Shown piece after piece: positions 56,604-64,000 of a DNA stretch of 64,000 bases. Within the stretch, counting starts at the first letter, position 1. Each line of letters opens with the position of its first letter. A program made the position numbers and the translations under genes. Location: the IMG/VR virus record IMGVR_UViG_3300018914_000001, positions 32,001 to 96,000 of that record; one strand, given 5' to 3'. The notes under the pieces were generated by a model. It did not search any database and was not told the DNA's origin. It worked only from the letters and a program-made list of their open reading frames with translations. This stretch comes from a virus. Taxonomy: Duplodnaviria > Caudoviricetes.

Positions 56604-56744
56604 ACTAAAAGGTTAACTAGACAACCTCCTCTATAATATATCATTATAATATATAGATATATAATATAGGTGTATACTATAAAAAAGTAAATCTATATAT
56701 AAAGTGTACATTATACAGGAGTCCAAATAGTTAACCTTTTAGTA
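56604..56744. repeat. AT-rich imperfect inverted repeat, candidate origin; related to 22834-22987
   Basis: ACTAAAAGGTTAACTAGACAACCTCCTCTATAATATATC ... TAGTTAACCTTTTAGT. Confidence 0.7.
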
Positions 56745-56986
56745 TTCCAAGTGCATTTACATGGACAAAAGTCAAGTGGTCAATACATTGACAATCGGAC
56801 AAACTTATGATATGCTAAAAGCATCCCAAAAATTACTCCTCCTCCTTCCAGTGACATGGCGGCTTCTAGAGTTGGGATCGGAAGTAGAAGTCGCCTATAT
56901 TAATGAAGAAACACAGCTAAGACAACTTTACCAATATATTTTTTTATGGACTTGCAAGTTTTAGATTTATACTCATATAGTGTTAT

Positions 56987-57046
56987 CAAGATCAAGCAAG
57001 ATCGAGCAAAATCCTGTCAGATCAACCAAGATATAGAAAGATCGGA
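56987..57046 (+). repeat. tubC-like centromere: six phased 10-bp repeats
   Basis: CAAGATCAAG/CAAGATCGAG/CAAAATCCTG/TCAGATCAAC/CAAGATATAG/AAAGATCGGA. Confidence 0.7.
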
Positions 57047-57064
57047 TTAGGAGGTGATTACACT

Positions 57065-57367
57065 ATGGGCGACAATTACTTTAGCGAGGTGATTAAAAAA
57101 CTAACTATAGATGACATAAGCATTCTAGCCATCTTGCATGATGATGACGCAACCGAAGTATTCAAGGCTATGAAGGCCAGCCAAGTGTTGAAGGCAAGTG
57201 AAATGACAGAGGCTGTATTTCGCAAAGTGATTGTTAGGCTAGAGGCTACACGCTTCATCGAAAAAACCACATCTAGCAGACATACATCTATATACATTAC
57301 AGAATTTGGTCGCTCTGCTCTACTTGTGGGTGTTCAAAGTAAGATGAAAGGGGATGCTGACCAATGA
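57065..57367 (+). CDS. winged-helix protein, TubR-like adaptor
   Basis: MTEAVFRKVIVRLEATRFI...IYITEFG; lies between the repeats and the tubulin gene. Confidence 0.65.
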   Translation: MGDNYFSEVIKKLTIDDISILAILHDDDATEVFKAMKASQVLKASEMTEAVFRKVIVRLEATRFIEKTTSSRHTSIYITEFGRSALLVGVQSKMKGDADQ

Positions 57368-58491
57368 TTGGTGTAGTCGGAGTTGGCGGTTGTGGCGGCA
57401 ATATTGCTGATGAGGCGGCGAACTACAATTGTGCAGTGGCGGCAATTAACTTCTCTGAAAAGGACTTAGAATCATTAGAGAACATAAAGGCAAAGCTTCG
57501 TTTGACTGGTTCTGATGGAGTGGGGCGCAACAGAGAGTTGGCAAAATCGCTGTTTATTGACAGTCACGAAGTAGCAATCAATTTTGTAAAAGAGCAATTC
57601 GGAAGCTCTGCAATTGATGTAGTTGTAGTGGCGTTCTCCACCAGTGGCGGCTCTGGCTCTGGCATCGCACCTATGCTGATTGATATTTGTCACAGTGTTA
57701 TGCCTGAGAAAACATTCGTAGCAATGCCCATTATTCCTGACACAACGGAAGCTGATATCAGTCAGATTAACTGTGTCAAAGCGTTTGAAGAACTGTCGCG
57801 TTTAGACGTTGCCATTTTCCCAATCGACAATAACAAAATGAGGAATAAAACACCTAGTGTTGGAAAGAATAGACTATACGAAGCAGTCAATGCCTCTGCA
57901 ATGGGCTTGTTGTTCAAGGCGTATCACTACACTGAAAAGCATTCCAAAGATGGGAATTTTGACAAGAAAGACTTTATCAATGTTCTTCGCACCAAGGGGA
58001 TTGGGCTAATTTCTGAGGTGGACTTCGATACTACTGCCAAGGGTACTATCAATATATCCAAAGAAGGCATCGCACAAGCTGTGCAAAAGTCTTGGGACGA
58101 TTCGATTTTTGCCCCCATCGAATATGAGCAAGTGGTTAAAGCAAGCGTTATTTTCGATGGTGACGAAAACCACATGAAATTTCTCGACTACCAAGCAATC
58201 TTCTCCAAATTCGAAAGTGGTATGCCAATTTACCTTTATGATGGAAATTACCACGAAAGCACTGGTAAAATCATGACAGTCCTAACTGGTCTATCATGGT
58301 GTGTGACTCGCCTGTCGGAAATAGAAAATCTTATCTCCAACAGTCAACAGAAAATCAATTCAATCCTCTCTACTACCGCGAATCAATTCTATGAATCTAA
58401 AGCGGCAATTGATATGTTGTCGCAACTCCAACAACCTTCCAATCAACCCCCTCAAAAGATATCCGAACTAGTGAAAAAATGGAAAAGGTAA
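57364..58491 (+). CDS. tubZ: Tubulin/FtsZ-family GTPase (TubZ-like)
   Basis: GVGGCGGNIA, GSDGVGRN, signature SGGSGSG, T7-like NFDKKDF. Confidence 0.85.
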   Translation: MIGVVGVGGCGGNIADEAANYNCAVAAINFSEKDLESLENIKAKLRLTGSDGVGRNRELAKSLFIDSHEVAINFVKEQFGSSAIDVVVVAFSTSGGSGSGIAPMLIDICHSVMPEKTFVAMPIIPDTTEADISQINCVKAFEELSRLDVAIFPIDNNKMRNKTPSVGKNRLYEAVNASAMGLLFKAYHYTEKHSKDGNFDKKDFINVLRTKGIGLISEVDFDTTAKGTINISKEGIAQAVQKSWDDSIFAPIEYEQVVKASVIFDGDENHMKFLDYQAIFSKFESGMPIYLYDGNYHESTGKIMTVLTGLSWCVTRLSEIENLISNSQQKINSILSTTANQFYESKAAIDMLSQLQQPSNQPPQKISELVKKWKR

Positions 58492-58613
58492 TAGCTACAA
58501 GGAGGGGATAGAATTGGAACCCCTCCTTGTAGTAACAGACAGTTAAAACCAGCTTCCAGTCAACAGATAATCAGCAACAGAGGCCGCAATGTATCCAGCA
58601 ATCCATAATAGCG

Positions 58614-58643
58614 GCATATTTACACCCCCTTTCGGCATAGACT
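58614..58643 (+). promoter_or_regulatory. sigma-E-like sporulation promoter upstream of the transfer-like operon
   Basis: GCATATT-15-CATAGACT. Confidence 0.45.
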
Positions 58644-58781
58644 ACAGGTGTTTAGATGGGTGTTCAAATTATAATCTAAACACCTGTAGCCCTGTGAATC
58701 CTTTGCGGCTGTAAGAAAGTACCAGTCCCACTAAACAGCCGACTTTTACTATCGTAAAACTCTTCGAGGAGGGAACTGCCC

Positions 58782-59258
58782 ATGAAGTTCCTTAGAGATG
58801 GATCGGGGCAATTGACACTTGTTGCGGCACATTCTTCTGTGCCTGTCTCGCCTATCAAGGAAGGCCGCCGTGTTACTGCTTTTATCATGGACGTTCGTGA
58901 GCTTGTTCATACGTGGGACGAAAAGATTGAAAATTATGTAGACGAAGTTTTCTACAATCCAGCACGAATGAATGAGGCAGTGGTTTGGAATATCTTTCTG
59001 CATTACATCTTTCCTTGGATGCTAGACTTCTTCAAAGTTTTCTGCCTTTTCAAAGTTCTCACTGCATGGTTCAAAGACAGCGGGCAAGAAGGGCGTTTCG
59101 GTGGCAACGGCGGTGGTATGCAAGCGTTATACAAGTGGGGCGGTGCTTACTTCCTTTTCACACTCTCGCCGTTTGCATTTGAGCTAATCGACCAAGCAAG
59201 TCAGAAGATGTATCATGAGCTAATGAAAGATGGTTCGAAAGGGTGGACTCCCGAATGA
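58782..59258 (+). CDS. membrane protein (VirB2/pilin-like topology)
   Basis: Two hydrophobic segments; first gene of the operon. Confidence 0.6.
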   Translation: MKFLRDGSGQLTLVAAHSSVPVSPIKEGRRVTAFIMDVRELVHTWDEKIENYVDEVFYNPARMNEAVVWNIFLHYIFPWMLDFFKVFCLFKVLTAWFKDSGQEGRFGGNGGGMQALYKWGGAYFLFTLSPFAFELIDQASQKMYHELMKDGSKGWTPE

Positions 59259-60052
59259 TCGTCAAGATCAATGGGACAACAGCCGCCATTTACAATGTAA
59301 CTGCAACTTACGGCTCCATTGACCAATCTCATCTTACCCCTCACAGCGGTATTGACTTGGCGATGCCAGTAGGAACAGACATATTCAGCCCTGCCAGTGG
59401 CTACGTGCATTTGGTGGATTATGGCGACAAGAATATTGGAAAGGGTATTTTGCTCAAATTAGAAGATGGTCAACAGCTTGTACTTGGTCATCTATCGAAG
59501 TTTAACGTAAGAGATGGGCAATATGTCAATGTTGGGCAAAAGCTTGCTGAAAGTGGGAACACTGGCAATAGTGATGGAGCGCACTTACACCTTGGCTTAA
59601 TTGACCAGCATGGGAATTTTGCTGACCCATCTTACTATGAAAAGACTTTTCAGGACATTTCCACATTTCATCATCAGCTTGGCTCCTTCTATACCCAACA
59701 TGTGCCTGTCTCCTCTACACCTGCCATAACGTCTGCAAGTTCTGGCGACATGGACATGGGGTTTGTAGAGTCTGTAAAAGCAATTGGAGCTTTCTTTAAA
59801 GACCTACACAACGAAGGAGTGTTTTATGCAGTGTTCCACAAACACCTTGGCGAAGTTGTGGTAGACTGCATAAAGGCAACGCTCAGATTCATATTCCTTG
59901 ACTACAACGATGCTACTATGTTCATCCCTGCGTTACTATTCTTCCTTCTAACTTGCATGATTGGAAGAAATAGGACGACAAAATGGATTGTCCCACTCAT
60001 TTTTCTATTCTTTGTCACTCAATGCATCAAATATTCGCATATACTCGATTAG
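59255..60052 (+). CDS. M23 family peptidase with C-terminal TM helices
   Basis: HSGID...GHLS...SGNTGNSDGAHLH. Confidence 0.9.
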   Translation: MIVKINGTTAAIYNVTATYGSIDQSHLTPHSGIDLAMPVGTDIFSPASGYVHLVDYGDKNIGKGILLKLEDGQQLVLGHLSKFNVRDGQYVNVGQKLAESGNTGNSDGAHLHLGLIDQHGNFADPSYYEKTFQDISTFHHQLGSFYTQHVPVSSTPAITSASSGDMDMGFVESVKAIGAFFKDLHNEGVFYAVFHKHLGEVVVDCIKATLRFIFLDYNDATMFIPALLFFLLTCMIGRNRTTKWIVPLIFLFFVTQCIKYSHILD

Positions 60053-60063
60053 GAGGGAATAGA

Positions 60064-60231
60064 ATGAAATACCCACTTCTGGACAATGTGACGTTTTGGG
60101 TGAATGTTATTTCGTGGATTGCTCAGGGAGGGTTAGTTCTCTACTTTGTGGGAGGGAAAGCCCGCCGCTGGTATAAGGACTACAAGATGAGCGTGGAAGA
60201 AGAAGAGCTTTTTCAGAAGGAGGTGAATTAA
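60064..60231 (+). CDS. small membrane protein
   Basis: GGAGG RBS; MKYPLLDNVTFW... Confidence 0.65.
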   Translation: MKYPLLDNVTFWVNVISWIAQGGLVLYFVGGKARRWYKDYKMSVEEEELFQKEVN

Positions 60232-60232
60232 C

Positions 60233-63019
60233 GTGAAGTGGAGTCTGCCTTTTCTAAAAAAGCCAAAAGCTTTGGATTGGGAAAAGTTTTTTGAGCTGTA
60301 TCGAGAACCCGTAGTTACACTTTGCATCACACCAAATAATGCGCCAAAGGAAAAAATGAAAATGCCCTCTCACATGCGAGGGGGCGGCGGCTTCTATGGG
60401 AGGGATGAAGAGGACGAAGAGTTTGAAAGCAACAACATTCTGTCGATTATTTCTAGCTTGGCAACAAAGTTTTATCTGCCAGAAAGAGTTAGAATTATCG
60501 ACAAAAAGAAAGTCAAGGTTAAATTAAATGATTTAGTTAGTTTTAAAATTTGTGTAGAGAAAGGTATAATGAAATTTTATTTAACTGTTCCCAAGCGTTT
60601 TGAAAAATCATTTGTTAAAGCGATTCGAAACGATTGGAGTCAAGTGGATATAACACAAGTTGAGGAGAAAGTTATCAAATTTAATCCAAATAAAGCAAAA
60701 GCAATGGATGTTTTTCTTCGACACCATTACGCCTTATCTATCCAACACAATGGGGTTAAAGAAAGAATGGGAGGCATGAGGATTCAAAAAGAGAACATGT
60801 TTCAAAGTCAACTTGCATCTGTTGCCAGCCAAATGGATGACAATGACAAGCTTCTTGTGGACTTCAACATTACACCTGTTCTTGATGATTGGAGAGCAGA
60901 AGCAAAAGCTGTACTGAAGAACTTCAAGAATGGTCAGTCTGCAAGACGAGCTACCACACCTTTTCATGTAGCTTTATATAAAATAATGGACACACTGGTT
61001 GTTATCATGGAAGAGACAACAAAGCTCGTAGAAAGCTTTGCCACAAATGAGGAGGTGGAAGAGAAAAAGGACGAGCAACCATTTGAAATACAGTATTCAG
61101 ATCATAAGATCAAGCAAGATACACATGGATTCAAAACTCAGATCAGAGTTGTTGCAGAATCCAAAGATAGCAGAAAATCAAAGCACATTCTCAAGGGAGT
61201 CCAAACTGCTTTCGAACAATTAAATGGAGACAACAGCTTTGTATGTAAAGAGATCAAGACTCAAAATGGCATCAAAGTGACAATCAAAGCAGTTGAGGAA
61301 AACAAGCCTGTGCTTATGAAGCCTTCGAATCTGTTCTTTGAAGGCGAAATGAACAAGATGCTCACTTTGCCTAATCGCAAATTGCTGAAGGAATACAAAA
61401 AAGTTATTGACCAAGATGGACATACCAGAGCGGAAGTTGACAACGACTTCTTTGACTCTAATAAAGATGCTATACCATTCGCAATCACTCTTGATAAACA
61501 GCCTAAAACGCTCTATTTCGGCGGCTATGAGCGTGAATGGTGGACTGAGAAGGGGCGTAAGGCACTTAGCAAACAAGCTCTAGATGACAGATGTGAAATA
61601 AACGTTGTTTCTGGTAAAAAAGGCTCTGGTAAATCAGAATGGTTAAAAACGCAGATTTTGCATACGTTCGCCGCTGATGCAAAGAATCGCGAGGAATGGA
61701 AGATTCGAAGCAAAAGCGTGGTAGCATTTGATGTTGCAGATGGTCAAATTATAACTGACGTGTGGAATCTAATCCCTGAGTGGCTTAGGGACAGGGTTAT
61801 TATACTCAATCATTCTAATCATGCAAGACCTATACCACTTAACTTTGCTGATATTGAGGAATTTAACAAGGAGGTATTGCAAGACCCTGACTTTGCCTTT
61901 GAACTTGCTGAAATGGAAATGAAGCTAATTGAAGATGCAGTAGTAGGAGAAAAATCAATCAACGTACAGAACTGGCTTCCTTGGGCTTTGCAATGCGCTC
62001 ATATCGCTGATAAAGATTATGGGCTTCCAGAGGCTATTCGTATACTTGTAGACAACGATTTCAGAGAGCAAATTGCAACAAGCATCACTGACGAAGAGCT
62101 TCAAATGACTTTGGAGACATACAATGAAATGGCAAGTGAAGGTAAAAATAAGATCGTTGTAAATGCTATACAGAATAGACTTAACCAGCTTCGTAAAGAC
62201 AAGAAGTTATGGCAGTGCATTGCTCAAAGACCAATAAGAGACGAAAACGGAAAGTGCGAGATGAATTGGAGGAAGTGGATGGATGGTGATGAGGATGGCG
62301 CATATCTTGTTCTCATCTATATCCCTAAGAGTGGAGTAACGGAACAATTTAGACACTTCACCTTTGCTCACTACTTCGTAAAAATATGGAATGTTCTTCT
62401 TTCAAGGGAGAAGGGCTTCGCTGGTCGTGAGTATAGACCTGAAACCCTTGTGGTTGTGGATGAATTACATCAAATTGTTCATATCCCAATTGTTGTACGT
62501 GTATTACTGGACATCTTTAAAGAGGTTAGAAAATATTCTGGTCGATACACTTTTACTCTTCATGGTTGGTCTTCTCTTGCGTCTGCTGGAAGAAATGATG
62601 CAAGTGCAATTAAAAAGTCAATCATGGAGAATGGTTGTAATCTCATCTTCTTGCAAGGCGGTAGTGATATGTTTAGTGAATTTGAAGAGATTCTTGAACC
62701 TTATACAATGGCGGATTTTAACAATCTCATGAAGATGGAGCATTGCGGCATCTTCTCTATCAGATGGAAGGGGAAGACGCACAACTTCCAAGCGCACTTG
62801 CCGAAGATGACAGAAGCATATATGAAAAAATACGATAATATGGAGCTGAATAATCTGGCAAGTCTTGCTTCGAAGTACAGCAGAGACAGAGAAGATGTTC
62901 GTAAGGATATTCTCAACAGAATTAAGGATATGGCGAAGAACAGCATCAAGAATTACAATCAAGTAGAAATGGAGGATGGTCAAGATATTGATTCCTTGGG
63001 TGAGGAGGATGTAGCATGA
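60233..63019 (+). CDS. VirB4/VirD4/HerA-FtsK-like P-loop ATPase
   Basis: Walker A GKKGSGKS; Walker B VVVDELHQ; EVRKY arginine motif. Confidence 0.8.
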   Translation: MKWSLPFLKKPKALDWEKFFELYREPVVTLCITPNNAPKEKMKMPSHMRGGGGFYGRDEEDEEFESNNILSIISSLATKFYLPERVRIIDKKKVKVKLNDLVSFKICVEKGIMKFYLTVPKRFEKSFVKAIRNDWSQVDITQVEEKVIKFNPNKAKAMDVFLRHHYALSIQHNGVKERMGGMRIQKENMFQSQLASVASQMDDNDKLLVDFNITPVLDDWRAEAKAVLKNFKNGQSARRATTPFHVALYKIMDTLVVIMEETTKLVESFATNEEVEEKKDEQPFEIQYSDHKIKQDTHGFKTQIRVVAESKDSRKSKHILKGVQTAFEQLNGDNSFVCKEIKTQNGIKVTIKAVEENKPVLMKPSNLFFEGEMNKMLTLPNRKLLKEYKKVIDQDGHTRAEVDNDFFDSNKDAIPFAITLDKQPKTLYFGGYEREWWTEKGRKALSKQALDDRCEINVVSGKKGSGKSEWLKTQILHTFAADAKNREEWKIRSKSVVAFDVADGQIITDVWNLIPEWLRDRVIILNHSNHARPIPLNFADIEEFNKEVLQDPDFAFELAEMEMKLIEDAVVGEKSINVQNWLPWALQCAHIADKDYGLPEAIRILVDNDFREQIATSITDEELQMTLETYNEMASEGKNKIVVNAIQNRLNQLRKDKKLWQCIAQRPIRDENGKCEMNWRKWMDGDEDGAYLVLIYIPKSGVTEQFRHFTFAHYFVKIWNVLLSREKGFAGREYRPETLVVVDELHQIVHIPIVVRVLLDIFKEVRKYSGRYTFTLHGWSSLASAGRNDASAIKKSIMENGCNLIFLQGGSDMFSEFEEILEPYTMADFNNLMKMEHCGIFSIRWKGKTHNFQAHLPKMTEAYMKKYDNMELNNLASLASKYSRDREDVRKDILNRIKDMAKNSIKNYNQVEMEDGQDIDSLGEEDVA

Positions 63020-63909
63020 CCAAGAAAAAGGGTTGGTACGAGCGCGTGGAACAAGCGAGGATTACATCTGATTGGGTAAAGCTCAATTGTAATAACATTA
63101 CAGATAGAGAGATGGAATTGCTAAGAATCATTCACAAGAGGAAGTATGTACGGCGTGACCATTTAGAGGTTATCCATCCCGCTTACAGAGACATCCCGAA
63201 TGGAGCGATTGTGCTTAATCGCTCCATTCGTAAGCTTTTCGAAAAAATGTGCATTGACAAAGTGCATGAGCAAACAGGATATAAGGAAGGAAATAAACCA
63301 TGTATTGTAGCATTAGACAGAGCTGGGGCTATCATTCTTGGAGTGAGGTTTAATAGGCGTATTAAACAACACAAGACAGTTAAAGGTGGAAATATCCATG
63401 TTCATAAACGAGAAGTGCCCATTCAATTCTTTCATGTAAATGGTGTCAATCAACTAGAAGTGGATACTATAAGATTTTGCATTAAGAATGAATGGAAGTT
63501 AGTCAGATGGGATATAGAGGTTGCAAGAAAATTTATGTACAATAAAGAAAATATTAAACTTTCACCTGATGTTTTTATGATTATGGGCATAGGGAAAAAG
63601 CCATTGATTTCATTTGTGGAGTATGACACAGGAACAGAGGATAGAGGAAATTCTAAGAATTTTCCCATGATTGAGGAGAAATTAAATAAATACAGAAAAT
63701 TTAGGCAATCAGGACATTGGATGAAAGAAGGATGGTTCAAACGATTAAAAGAAGCAGGTTTTCCACTTATTATCTTTGTTACAGAAGATGAGAGACGATT
63801 AGACTTTGTAAAGAAAAAGGGAGATGAATTTAAGCTTCAAGTTGAGGTGGTTTTGTCAAAAGATTATATAAGGTTGCTAGAAAAATTAAAGGCTAACCTA
63901 TTAGGCTAG
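63016..63909 (+). CDS. Replication-relaxation (Replic_Relax) family protein
   Basis: ITDREMELL...LDRAG...H..GVNQ...PD...FVEYDTGTE...KLNKY...PLIIFVT. Confidence 0.8.
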   Translation: MTKKKGWYERVEQARITSDWVKLNCNNITDREMELLRIIHKRKYVRRDHLEVIHPAYRDIPNGAIVLNRSIRKLFEKMCIDKVHEQTGYKEGNKPCIVALDRAGAIILGVRFNRRIKQHKTVKGGNIHVHKREVPIQFFHVNGVNQLEVDTIRFCIKNEWKLVRWDIEVARKFMYNKENIKLSPDVFMIMGIGKKPLISFVEYDTGTEDRGNSKNFPMIEEKLNKYRKFRQSGHWMKEGWFKRLKEAGFPLIIFVTEDERRLDFVKKKGDEFKLQVEVVLSKDYIRLLEKLKANLLG

Positions 63910-64000
63910 CCTTTTCTTTATCATAAATTACAACAACTTTGTTGTCAATGAGCATGTCAATATAAATAATTTCACTCCCTTCTTCAATGATAACCCAAAA

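Overview
This window looks like part of a large temperate phage or phage-plasmid of a Bacillales host, with some SPbeta-like traits. Host and lifestyle are inferred, and no structural genes are present. (1) 1-5.1 kb, minus strand: a tRNA cluster (Pro, Arg, 3x Ser, Glu, Cys, plus atypical tRNA-like RNAs) interleaved with six copies of an ACAGCAA-bulged stem RNA, several of which carry anticodon-loop mimics. It also holds two to three long structured non-coding tracts, HNH genes and a DUF2828 gene. (2) 5-37 kb, minus strand: accessory, regulatory and replication genes, including Pnk-HD and Rnl1 RNA repair, vWA, YqeY, NAD kinase, an HD hydrolase, an MrpR-like degenerate tyrosine recombinase, DUF262, a sporulation-type sigma factor, an S1 protein and a PcrA helicase. 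(3) 37.4-51.2 kb: about 40 short unrelated ORFs, almost each separated by a conserved, covarying ~50-60 nt hairpin that usually contains the upstream stop codon. Upstream lies a ~1 kb leader with tandem exact complements of the cassettes' extended RBS. (4) 52-55.7 kb: a non-coding control, origin or terminus region with Spo0A-like boxes, repeats and small RNAs. (5) 55.8-64 kb, plus strand: a Rep-like gene, a tubC-tubR-tubZ-like partition locus, and an M23 / VirB4-VirD4-like ATPase / Replic_Relax module. Six host-type parS sites lie between 25 and 42.5 kb. All family assignments come from motif recognition by eye; no database searches were run.
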